NCBI GenBank assembly: GCA_964016885.1
Contig: OZ024764.1
Coordinates: 3,534,001 to 3,598,000 of the forward strand
Length of the DNA stretch: 64,000 nucleotides
Source: Eledone cirrhosa
Lineage: Eukaryota
Direction of reading: 5' to 3'
Shown: piece by piece, positions 41,454 to 52,849 of the stretch
Layout: each line of letters begins with the position of its first letter
Numbering within the stretch: position 1 is the stretch's first letter
Program-made: the position numbers and the translations under genes
Notes under the pieces: generated by a model
Seen by the model: the letters and a program-made list of their open reading frames with translations, nothing else
Databases searched by the model: none
Told to the model about the DNA's origin: nothing

Positions 41454-41640
41454 TATATATATATATATTTATATATATATATATATATAACCAAAGATTA
41501 ATATGGTTCATTGATTACTCAATGAATACAATTTTACAATAGATTAAAAGCACTCAACAAAAGGTTTTTACTGGAGTTTTTAATATTATTCAAAATATTA
41601 ACAAATGAAAGACATTCACATAATCAAAATATATGTTTTA

Positions 41641-41752
41641 TTATATATATTTCAAAGGTACTGTGTTGTTTTTTTCAGTACGTCTCCATCAGATATATAT
41701 TTTATCTGATGGAGACGTACTAAAAAAAACACAGTGCCTTCGAATTATATAT
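41641..41752. repeat. Fold-back inverted repeat with degenerate hammerhead-like arms
   Basis: AGTACGTCTCCATCAGATA / TATCTGATGGAGACGTACT core with imperfect outer arms. Confidence 0.8.
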
Positions 41753-41754
41753 AA

Positions 41755-43046
41755 CTAGCAGTGGTACCTGGCATTGCATGGGATAAGGTATTTTGGAATG
41801 CAGGCTGCCAACAGACCTAATCGTGGAAAAACTGCATGCCTGGACAATATGTAAAGAAAATAAACCGAATACTCTGATGGCTGGATAATCTTTAAGATTT
41901 TCCTCGATGAAGCAAGAAAAATGCAGGTTTTCACCTAATGTGGGCCCTAGGGATCAAGAAAATGAATTCTTTTTATGTGCATAATATGCCTTGAAATTTC
42001 AGGAAAATCGGCTAGACATAACGCCTCAAAAAAGCCCTAAAAGCTGAAAAAATGAAGTTTTTCACCTAATGTGGGCCCTAGGCCATACAAAAGTTGGATT
42101 TTCTTCACGGTATGAAGAAGAGACTGACTAATACATAGTTACAATTTCAAGGAAATCGGTCTGACGTAACGCCTAAAAATATCCCTAAAAAGCTGAAAAA
42201 ACGCAGTTTTTCACCTAATGCGGGCTCTAGGGGATCAAAAAGATGAATTTTTTATGTCTATAACACTCCCTGAAACATAACGCGGGCCGCCAACAGACGT
42301 AATCGTGGAAAAACTGCATGCCTGGACAATATGTAAAGAAAATAAACCGAAAGCTCTGGTGCAATTAGTTTTAGATATGCTTCTCCTTCCACGTGGAGAA
42401 AATCGGCTTGGTGCTTTTGTACTTTAATAAAGTGGCATGAGTCAGCAGGACAGATGTCACCACTTATGTCAGAGGAAAGTCTGCAATACTTAAGCAAGGC
42501 ATGACGTGCAATCGGACAGCATGTGGAACCTTCTCGAAGGAGTCCACCGCACCTTAGTAAGTAAACGCAACTGGACAAACGTTTACCAAACTGTGGGTAT
42601 AATTTAACAAATTTAAAGAGGAATGGTGCAATAAAATGGGCCCCGAGGCGTGTGCATGTTCACTGGCAGCCCTAAACGAAAGGGTCACCATCAGTTATTT
42701 CAAGTAACACCCCAGTAAGGAGGGGTAACCATCAACAATTTCAAGCGGAATTGTAGGAAGTGACGTAATGCAGACAGCCAGACATACAGACAGATATTAT
42801 AAGGGTGCGATGTTATATGCATGTATCTATCTAAAAAGAGAAAGACTAAGAATTATTTAGAGAGAGAGATCGCTAAATCGCCCAATCTAGGGGATTGAAA
42901 ATTTGAAATTTGTTTTGCTCAGAACACTCCCTGAAACATAAGTATTACATGTGTAAAGTTTGAAAATAGTCGGTTGGGTTTTTCTCGAGTTTTAGGGATT
43001 CAAACTCACACACACACACACATCCTCGGTTTTATATATATATAGA
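41755..43046 (-). mobile_element. Non-autonomous Helitron with internal repeats
   Basis: Minus strand begins A|TCTATATATATATAAAA and ends in a degenerate hairpin plus CTAG|T; three internal TTTTCACCTAATGYGGGCYCTAGG repeats and a roughly 60-bp duplication (41807, 42288). Confidence 0.75.
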
Positions 43047-43116
43047 TAAAACATATTTTGATTATGTGAATATCTTTCATTTGTTAATATTTTGAATAAT
43101 ATATATATATATACAC

Positions 43117-43495
43117 ACATGAGATCGTGTAGGTGTCACGACAAAAAAACACACAGTCCACGCTGTAATGTGGCCGTGTAGGCAACACGGTAAAAACCTC
43201 CCAGATCCACACTGTAAATGTGGTTGGTGTTAGGAAGGGCACCCAGCTGTAGAAAACCCGCCAGACAGTCCACGCTGTAATGTGGCCGTGTAGGCAACAC
43301 GGTAAAAACCTCCCAGACCCACACTGTAAATGTGGTTGGTGTTAGGAAGGGCATCCAACTGTAGAAAACCTGCCAGACAGTCCTATGCGAGCAAGACAAT
43401 CACTCTTGCCTCAAGTGGGAAAACCCCCGTCCAAACCCATGCAAGCGTGGAACACGGACGTTAAACGTTGATGATGATGATGATGATGATGATGA
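43117..43495 (+). mobile_element. RTE-tailed SINE, 2 internal 112-bp units
   Basis: Same family as 17003-17513; (GAT)n tail. Confidence 0.85.
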
Positions 43496-43512
43496 TATAT
43501 ATATACACACAT

Positions 43513-43634
43513 AAATATTTATTAAAATAACAGATTAAAGTTTAAGCAAAGAATCGCTGCTTTCAGAAGATCTCGTTAAGGTTGAAAGCAGCGATTCTTT
43601 GCTTAAACTTTAATCTGTTATTTTAATAAATATT
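43513..43634. repeat. Perfect fold-back (about 50-bp arms) around a degenerate hammerhead-like spacer
   Basis: AAATATTTATTAAAATAACAGATTAAAGTTTAAGCAAAGAATCGCTGCTTTC and its exact reverse complement. Confidence 0.9.
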
Positions 43635-43804
43635 TGTTCTATGTGTTTATATATTTTGACATATATATAATCCTTATCGAACCCTTTTGGATTTTAGTCT
43701 TCACATTTATTTGAATGATATCGTCTTTTTTTAAAGTATCATGGATTACTTTACTGATTACATAAGACAGTGTAACATAGGTTTGGTTCAATTTCTGTGT
43801 ATAT

Positions 43805-44365
43805 TCATCATCATCATCATCATCATCGTTTAACGTCCGTGTTCCACGCTTGCATGGGTTTGGACGGGGGTTTTCCCACTTGAGGCAAGAGTGATTGTCT
43901 TGCTCGCATAGGACTGTCTGTCTGGCTGGATGCCCTTCCTAACACCAACCACATTTACAGTGTGGGACTGGGAGGTTTTTACCGTGTTGCCTACACGGCC
44001 ACATTACAGCGTGGACTGTCTGGCGGGTTTTCTACAGTTGGATGCCCTTCCTAACACCAACCACATTTACAGTGACGGACTGGGAGGTTTTTACCGTGTT
44101 GTCTACACGGCCACATTACAGCGTGGACTGTCTGGCGGGTTTTCTACAGCTGGATGCCCTTCCTAACACCAACCACATTTACAGTGCGGGGCTGGCAGGT
44201 TTTTACCGTGTTGCCTACACGGCCACATTACAGCGTGGACTGTGTGTTTTTTGTCGTGACCCCTACACGATCTCATTTGTTTCGGCCTGGATGTTGTGGC
44301 ACCAACATAACTTTACATTGAAAGGGGCGGTGTGGATGGGGTGGGGGTGGTGGGATGGGGGTGTA
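43805..44365 (-). mobile_element. RTE-tailed SINE, 3 internal 112-bp units
   Basis: (CAT)n tail then the same family body. Confidence 0.85.
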
Positions 44366-44990
44366 TATTGTCAATTACAATTTTATTTGATGTATCATAT
44401 CTACATGTATGTATACTTGTGTATAATATCAATATACACACTACACATGCTAGCAGAAAACCACCCGGGGATGGTTTTTCTGCTAGTATATTTAATAGAG
44501 GAGCAACACAACATTGAATAAAAGGATACTTTTGCAGTCAGAAAACTTGTTTAAGGGATACAATACAAACTATATACACATATATATATATACATGTGTA
44601 GATATATTTATATGAATGTATGCATACACTTGAACATATTTATAGATGTATGGCCAAGCTTCCGGAATGTAGAATCAGGCACAACAACCATCATCACCAT
44701 CATCATCTGTAATGAGAAGAGAGACAGAATTATGTTGGTTTAATGTCATGGAATATATACATAAATTTGAGAGACTTCTGTCTGTCCATCACACAATGTG
44801 TGTGTGTGTGTGCGTGTGTGTAAAAGAAAGGAGGGGAATGGTGAAAAAGCTATGGCAAAACAGCGGGTGACGTTCCATTTGCTACACTGTGAAAAGATCG
44901 ATCGACTTTCGTCAAATCGGACCGAGGAAAAATGTTTCCGTTGGTCTTTCCAGTTGTTAGTACTATCTATCGGTCGCAACTCCAGTTAGA

Positions 44991-45111
44991 AGGAGCAACG
45001 TGAAATAAAGTGTCTTGCTCAAGGACATAACGCATCGCCTGGTCCAGGAATCGAACTCACAACCTCAACATTGTGAATCCAATTCTCTAACCACTCAGCT
45101 ACACGCCTTCA
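44991..45111 (-). mobile_element. tRNA-derived CORE-type SINE head
   Basis: Minus strand: A box TAGCTGAGTGG, B box GTTCGATTC, CORE-like TGTCCTTGAGCAAGACACTT. Confidence 0.75.
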
Positions 45112-45235
45112 CATGTGTGAGCATATATATATATATCAGGGGCTACACTGTGTGAGCATATATATATATATATCAGGGGCAAGGGGTGCGTACATGCGTT
45201 ATAGAATCTTGAGTTGATCAATTGCGTCGGTTGAA

Positions 45236-45281
45236 GCAAGCAGAATTTTGGCTGCTTACTAAATCGTAGACACATAAAAAG

Positions 45282-45330
<49 letters not shown>

Positions 45331-45486
45331 CAGCTTTGGGGCAAGCAGAATTTTGGCTGCTTGCTAAACCATAGACACATAAAAAGATAAGACACACACA
45401 CACACACACACACACCACACAAACACACAACAGCTTTGGGGCAAGCAGAATTTTGACTGCTTACTAAAACGTAGACACATAAAAAG

Positions 45487-45531
<45 letters not shown>

Positions 45532-45587
45532 CAGCTTTGGGGCAAGCAGAATTTTGACTGCTTACTAAAACGTAGACACATAAATAG

Positions 45588-45648
<61 letters not shown>

Positions 45649-45733
45649 CAGCTTTGGGGCAAGCAAAATTTTGACTGCTTACTAAAACGTAGACACATAA
45701 AAAGATAACACACACACACACACCACACACACA
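45236..45733. repeat. 5 tandem units of about 100-120 bp, each with a variable (CA)n
   Basis: GCAAGCAGAATTTTGRCTGCTTACTAAAACGTAGACACATAAAAAGATAA(CA)nACAGCTTTGGG. Confidence 0.9.
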
Positions 45734-45878
45734 CTAGATAACACTACATGCGGCTTTGACCGGGAGGGTCATTTAGAGGGAATTGGGGGGGGGGGGGGGG
45801 GGGGTAAGGCTGCACAGCCCCACTTTCCACCATGGTGATTGGACTGCATGCCCTGCTTTCCAGGTTACCCTTTGCCAC

Positions 45879-46026
<148 letters not shown>

Positions 46027-46056
46027 TTAGTGGTTATATATATATATATATATGGC

Positions 46057-46224
46057 TGAGTGCTGGGTGCTTTTTTGCCGTGGCACCTCCACGTCCACTT
46101 TGCAGTCACTGTAAATGAGGTTGGTGTTAGGAAGGGCATCCAGCTGTAGAAATCAAGCCAGAATCAGTTCCCGTCCCACCCTTGCAAGCAGGGAAAAGCG
46201 GACGTAAAATGAAATGAAATGAAT
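46057..46224 (+). mobile_element. Short SINE copy with inverted 5' segment and RTE tail
   Basis: 46057-46107 antisense, 46108 onward sense; tail GGAAAAGCGGACGTAAAATG matches the adjacent RTE. Confidence 0.7.
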
Positions 46225-46234
46225 GTACGTGTGT

Positions 46235-47580
46235 GTAGCGGGTACCTAGGAGATCAGATTAGCATGAGAGTGGGGTGTTCCGAGGCTATAGTATCTAGAA
46301 TAAGGACGGGTTGGAAGAAGTTTAGAGAGCTGCTTCCTCTGCTGACGAAGAAGGGTTTCTCCCTACGTACGAAAGGCCGATTATATGATGCCTGTGTGAG
46401 GAGCGCGATGCTGCATGGTAGTGAGACATGAGCAACAACTGCAGAGGATATGCGACGGCTGGATAGAAATGAGGCAAGCATGCTCCGTTGGATGTGCAGT
46501 GTAAATGTGCGTGAACGACCCAGCATAAATGTGTTGAGAGAGAAACTGTGTTTGAGAGGGATAGAATATAGTGAACGAGAGAGGAGACTGCGGTGGTATG
46601 GACATGTGATGTGTTGAGAGAGAAACTGTGTCTGAGAGGGATAGAATGTAGTGTACGGGAGAGGAGACTGAGGTGGTATGGACATGTGATGTGTTGAGAG
46701 AGAAACTGTGTCTGAGAGGGATAGAATGTAGTGTACGGGAGAGGAGACTGAGGTGGTATGGACATGTGATGTGTTGAGAGAGAAACTGTGTCTGAGAGGG
46801 ATAGAATGTAGTGTACGGGAGAGGAGACTGCGGTGGTATGGACATGTGATGTGTTGAGAGAGAAACTGTGTCTGAGAGGGATAGAATGTAGTGTACGGGA
46901 GAGGAGACTGCGGTGGTATGGACATGTGATGTGTTGAGAGAGAAACTGTGTCTGAGATGGATAGAATGTAGTGTACGGGAGAGGAGACTGAGGTGGTATG
47001 GACATGTGATGTGTTGAGAGAGAAACTGTGTCTGAGAGGGATAGAATGTAGTGTACGGGAGAGGAGACTGCGGTGGTATGGACATGTGATGTGTTGAGAG
47101 AGAAACTGTGTCTGAGATGGATAGAATGTAGTGTACGGGAGAGGAGACTGAGGTGGTATGGACATGTGATGTGTTGAGAGAGAAACTGTGTCTGAGAGGG
47201 ATAGAATGTAGTGTACGGGAGAGGAGACTGCGGTGGTATGGACATGTGATGTGTTGAGAGAGAAACTGTGTCTGAGAGGGATAGAATGTAGTGTACGGGA
47301 GAGGAGACTGAGGTGGTATGGACATGTGATGCTCATGGAGGATGACCAATGGGTGAAGAAGTGCCAGGAAATGCCAGTTGAAGGAAGACATTGTAGAGGT
47401 AGACCACAAAAACATGGGCGGAGGTGGTGAGAACAGACCTCAGATTGGTGAAGCTCACAGAGGAGATGACGAAGGACCGTGACAAGTGGAGAGATGCTGT
47501 GCTGAATAAGACCCGTCCAACCCTTGCATGCAGGGAAAAGCGGACGTAAAATGATGATGATAATCATGATGATCATGATG
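46235..47580 (+). mobile_element. RTE-clade LINE 3' fragment with 10 x 80-bp internal tandem (46531-47330)
   Basis: YLGDQIS..SRIRTGWKKFRELLPLL..KGRLYDACVRSAMLHGSET..RRLRWYGHVM..GRP; (ATG)n tail. Confidence 0.9.
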
Positions 47581-47865
47581 TGTGTGTATGTGTATGTGTG
47601 TGTTTGCATAAATGTATGTGTGTGTGTTTGCATAAATATATGTGTATGTGAATGTGTGTGAGTGAATGTATGTATGTGTGTGTGTTTCTGTGAATGTATG
47701 TCTGTAGGTGTGTATTTCTGTGTGTCTGTGTTTTCACATTTATATTTATACACTCATACTTATAAATATATGCATATGCACATACACACATGCACACACA
47801 TGTACACATACACATCAGCATGTTAAAAAAATCCTAATTATCTTAAATTTACTAGTATATGACTG

Positions 47866-47896
<31 letters not shown>

Positions 47897-48529
47897 CAGG
47901 TTGTTCCTGAGTGCTACTGGTAACATGTCACCCAGTACAACCTGTCTTATGGTCAGGTTGTCAGCGACTAAACCAGCAACCCCCAACAAGCTTGGTTGGT
48001 GAGGGGGGGGGTGATATTTGGACACCCTGCGGGATGAAATACAAGACCCGACAAAGGGCAGAGGAACTCAGCAGAGTCAACAGCCACCCAAATAGTACTT
48101 TTTTTCCCACCAGGGAGTGAAAGGCCCCCAGTTGTTGTCACAACACCTTTCTAAGAGAGGGGAAACTCTGAAAAAATCATGCGGCTTCGAAACATCCGAT
48201 GATGTTGAACAGTTCCCCTTTTCGGGTAGTGTTTCCGATACTCAGAGAGTGGGATTGGTGGAGTACAAGGCCTTTCCCCACTTAAAAAAAACCTTCAAAG
48301 CACAGGCATTGCTTGTTCAGGATATGTTACAGGTTTGTGTGGCTGGCCGTAGCCTAAAAGTGTATCAAACTCTATAATCTGACCAGAGATTGCATTACTC
48401 TTAGCAGAGTTTGCAGCCATCATGTATGTGTGTGTAAAACGTAAACAGAAGTAACAAAAATGACAAAACAAACAGTACAGTACAGTGAAGAAATATATTA
48501 GTTTAATGCTTGAAATAGCAGGAAGAGAG

Positions 48530-48565
48530 TCTTAACGTTTCGGACCCTAGTCCTTCATCAGAAGA
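48530..48565 (-). ncRNA. Minimal type I hammerhead ribozyme motif (Penelope/retrozyme type)
   Basis: Minus strand TCTT-CTGATGA-A-GGAC(TAGG)GTCC-GAAA-CG-TT-AAGA: intact core, stem I TCTT/AAGA, stem II GGAC/GTCC, palindromic AACGTT stem III. Confidence 0.7.
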
Positions 48566-49049
48566 TAGAGTTAGAAATAGAAGATAAATAGAAAGTAAAA
48601 TGTGAAGAGAGGAAGGAACAGGGAAAATGAGAAAAAAAAATATGTGTACGTATTGAGTCGACCACAGTTTAGGGACTGTCCACTATTAAAATGGTGAACA
48701 CTTCACTCCATCGCCACCTCTACCACTGGATGTACTCCACCACTATTCACCCATTTTCTCAATCCCTTCTTTCTACATCTTCCCCTCCCCTATCCTACCC
48801 CTTCGCATATTTATTCTACCCCAATCAACTGCTCAAAACTAAGAACTGATCACCCCAAATGAATAAGAATGCATATTTTTCTTAACACTGTACGCGAAAC
48901 ATTCCGTGATGGCACTAACAGAAGTCTGATGAGCTTTAGATTCCAGAAATGGGCCCAATGGATAGAGATCAAACCTGGAGCTGATCAATCGCGAAATGTG
49001 CGTCACACCTGAATAAACTCAATGTTGATTTGACACCTCATCCATGCTT

Positions 49050-49910
49050 TGAATTGGAAGTATCGGTAGAGCGTCAGACACAACGGTCCTTTACGTTCTG
49101 AGTTCAAATCCTGCCGAGGTTAACTTTGTCTTTCATCCTTACGGGGTGGATGAAATAAAGTACCAGTAATACACTGAGGTAATTGCTGGCCTTGTGCTAA
49201 AAGTAGAAACAATTATTAAGGGGTCGATGAAATAAAGTACCAGTAATACACTGGGATAATTGCTGGCCTTGTGCCAAAAGTAGAAACAATTATAACGGGG
49301 TCGATGAAATAAAGTACCAGTAATACACTGGGGTAATTGCTGGCCTTGTGCTAAAAGTAGAAACAATTATTACTGGGTTGATAAAATAAAGTACCAGTAA
49401 TACACTGGGGTAATTGCTGGCCTTGTGCTAAAAGTAGAAACAATTATTACTGGGTTGATAAAATAAAGTACCAGTAATACACTGGGGTAATTGCTGGCCT
49501 TGTGCCAAAAGTAGAAACAATTATAACGGGGTCGATAAAATAAAGTACCAGTAATACACTGGGGTAATTGCTGGCCTTGTGCCAAAAGTAGAAACAATTA
49601 TAACGGGGTCGATAAAATAAAGTACCAGTAATACACTGGGGTAATTGCTGGCCTTGTGCCAAAAGTAGAAACAATTATTACGGGGTCGATGAAATAAAGT
49701 ACCAGTAATACACTGGTATAATTGCTGGCCTTGTGCCAAAAGTAGAAACAATTATTACGGGGTCGATAAAATAAAGTACCAGTAATACACTGGGGTAATT
49801 GCTGGCCTTGTGCCAAAAGTAGAAACAATTATTACGGGGTCGATGAAATAAAGTACCAGTAATACACTGGGGTATTTGCTGGCCTGGTGCCAAAAGTAGA
49901 AACAATTATT
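49050..49910 (+). mobile_element. tRNA-derived SINE whose 3' 77 bp is repeated 10 times
   Basis: B box GAGTTCAAATCC, conserved TTTCATCCTT..GGGGTCGATAAAATAAAGTACCAG domain; tandem 49139-49910. Confidence 0.8.
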
Positions 49911-49914
49911 CCTA

Positions 49915-51218
49915 TCATCATCATCATCACCGTTTTACGTCCGTTCTTCCACGCTAGCATGGGTTAGACAGGTTGTCCTGCTGTGGGCAGTGTCCGGTCG
50001 GCTGACCTTGTCTTGCTCATACAGGAACTGATTCTGGCTTGATTTCTACAGCTGGATGCCCTTCCTAACACCAACCTCATTTACAGTGAGTGCTGGGTGC
50101 TTTTTTGCCGTGGCACCTCCACGTCCACTTTACAGTGAGTGCTGGGTGCTTTTTTGCCGTGGCACCTCCACAACCACTTTACAGTGTGGACTGGGTGCTT
50201 TTTTGCCGTGGCGCCTACACATCCACTTTACAGTGTGGACTGGGTGCTTTTTTTGCCGTGGGGCCTACACGTCCACTTTACAGTGTGGACTGGGTGCTTT
50301 TTTGCCGTGGCGCCTACACATCCACTTTACAGTGTGGACTGGGTGCCTTTTTGCCGTGGGGCCTACACGTCCACTTTACAGTGTGAACTGGGTGCTTTTT
50401 TGCCGTGGCACCTCCACATCCACTTTACAGTGTGGACTGGGTGCCTTTTTGCCGTGGTGCCTACACAACCACTTTACAGTGTGGGCTGGGTGCTTTTTTG
50501 CCGTGGCGCCCACACATCCACTTTACAGTGTGGACTGGGTGCTTTTTCTGTGGTGCCTACACGTCCACTTTACAGTGTGGACTGGGTGCTTTTTTGCTGT
50601 GGCGCCTACACATCCACTTTACAGTGTGGACTGGGTGCTTTTTTGCCGTGGCGCCTACACGTCCACTTTACAGTGTGGACTGGGTGCTTTTTTGCCGTGG
50701 CACCTCCACATCCACTTTACAGTGTGGACTGGGTGCTTTTTTGCCGTGGCGCCTCCATGACCACTTTACAGTGTGGACTGGGTGCTTTTTTGCCGTGGCG
50801 CCTACACATCCACTTTACAGTGTGGACTGGGTGCTTTTTTGCCGTGGCACCTCCACGTCCACTTTACAGTGTGGACTGGGTGCTTTTTTGCTGTGGCGCC
50901 TACACGTCCACTTTACAGTGTGGACTGGGTGCTTTTTTGTCGTGGCGCCTCCATGACCACTTTACAGTGTGGACTGGGTGCTTTTTTGCCGTGGCGCCTA
51001 CACATCCACTTTACAGTGTGGACTGGGTCCTTTTTTGCCGTGGCACCTCCACAGCCACTTTACAGTGTGGACTGGATGCTTTTTTGCCGTGGCGCCTACA
51101 CATCCACTTTACAGTGTGGACTGGGTGCTTTTTTGCCGTGGCGCCTACACATCCACATTTTACAGTGTGGACTGGGTGCCTTTTTTGCTGTGGCACCTCC
51201 ACGACCACTTTGCAGTGA
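49915..51218 (-). mobile_element. RTE-tailed SINE with about 23 x 49-bp tandem
   Basis: (CAT)n tail, GGATGCCCTTCCTAACACC body, unit TTTACAGTGTGGACTGGGTGCTTTTTTGCCGTGGCGCCTACACATCCAC. Confidence 0.85.
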
Positions 51219-51321
51219 GAGAGTGTGGGGGCATGTTGACTATATGCTTCAGCTTCGGCTTGTACCCGTGGGGGGGGGGGGGGGGTCGGGTCTTCTGTAT
51301 TACTGCGTAATGCCATATATA

Positions 51322-51881
51322 TGAGGGTAATCCCAAAAGTAAGGTCCCCAAAGCGATGGGGGACGCAGAGAAACTGTTCGTACGGCTGTTGGCAACACTG
51401 TTGTGATTGGTGCTTCCTTCACTCCCATACGAGCGGTTTGCTGGGATGCTCAATCTTGGCTTGGCAGCCCGTGAGAATGGAGCTCCCGTTGAACGCTACC
51501 GCAGCCAAGTGCAAAGTTTGCGTAGTTATTCAGTTTTTGAACGCAACAGGCGTTGAACCGATTGAAGTTCATCGCCAATTGACGGAAGTGTATGGACAGT
51601 CGTGCATGGATGTCAAAAACGTTCGCAAGTGGTGTAGAGAGTTTACAGCCGGTCGTACTGAAATTCACGACGAACAAAGGAGCGGGAGACCGTCAATTTC
51701 CGACGAGACAGTCACAAAGGTTGAGGAAAACATGCGTAAAGATCGGCGGATCACTCTGGATGCTCTCTGCATTTTGGTTCCTGAGGTTTCCTGAAGCACC
51801 ATCCACAGGATTTTAACGGAAAAGTTGCAATATCTCTGCATCCCCATTGCTTTGGAGACCTTATTTTTGGGATTACCTTCG
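51322..51881 (+). mobile_element. Internally deleted mariner transposon
   Basis: About 50-bp TIRs (YGARGGTAATCCCAAAARTAAGGTCYCCAAAGC), TA flanks; transposase N-terminal HTH from ATG 51477 (VIQFL..EVHRQLTEVYG..VRKWCREF..DEQRSGRP). Confidence 0.9.
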
Positions 51882-51898
51882 TATATGTACTATATATA

Positions 51899-52687
51899 CA
51901 GGGTGTAGACGATATTTGTTCGCAATTTTCAACTGCTAATTTTATGCAAAGTTTTTTTACTTCCGTTGTCACTCTTGTCTTCATAAAAACAGTGACTATA
52001 TTTCCATTATTTATTTTCAGAATAATTGATTATGAATAATTTTGAACCTCCAAATTTGTGGAATCCGCACCGGGAGGACAAATAAGACCAGAAGATCAAC
52101 TCCCAGAACAACAGGTGGCTCGCTGTCTAATCCAAAGACGTGCCCAGAGTGATGCAGACAAAGTTTCCAGTGACAACATTGGTCTTAGGTGCCGATGGCT
52201 ACATCCGCGTTCTGAGCGAAGTAGTAAAGCCCTGGATCGACCAGGTAGCTGCAGGTAGGCCGTACGTGTGGCAGCAAGACTCAGCGCCCTGCCATACCAG
52301 CTGAAAGACCCAAGCCTGGCTGTCAGAGAACTTCATCGACCACACTTCACCTGACATCTGGCCTCCCAGCTCGCCTGACTGCAACCCTCTCGACTTCTTT
52401 GTGTGGGGCGCAGTGGAACGAGACACCAACAGAAAGACAATCTGAAGGCTAGGATCACAAGTGTCTTTAGGGCCTAAGTCGGGGGACAGTGACGAAGGCC
52501 TGTAGCCAGTTCCGAGGCCGCCTTGGGGCCGTCATCAAAGCCAATGGCGGGTTTATCGAGTGAGATCGAAAGAACAAGTCATGAAGACAAACTGACCCAA
52601 GTTTGATAAATAAATCTTAAAAAATAAAACTACTATGTTATTTTTTCCTAGACAGTAATCTTGCGAACAAATATCGTCCGCACCCTG
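51899..52687 (+). mobile_element. Deleted maT (DD37D) Tc1/mariner transposon
   Basis: 27-bp TIRs CAGGGTGYRGACGATATTTGTTCGCAA, TA flanks; WQQDSAPCH..WPPSSPDCNPLDFFVWG with 37 residues between the last two Asp; in-frame stop. Confidence 0.9.
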
Positions 52688-52849
52688 TATATATATATAA
52701 ATATATATATATACAATGAGGTCTACCTTTCATGGTAGGGCCTATACTGTAGATAGAATGCAATTTAATCCGTTAGCAAGTAATCCAGTGAAATCCATAT
52801 ATATATATATACACTCCACCCCACACACCCTACCCCATCCTCCCATTTC

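Noticed and set aside
44991-45111. tRNA gene
   Set aside because: A and B boxes run into a CORE-like SINE domain, with no full cloverleaf.
46254-47753. 499-aa minus-strand repetitive ORF
   Set aside because: Antisense reading of the 80-bp array inside an RTE fragment.
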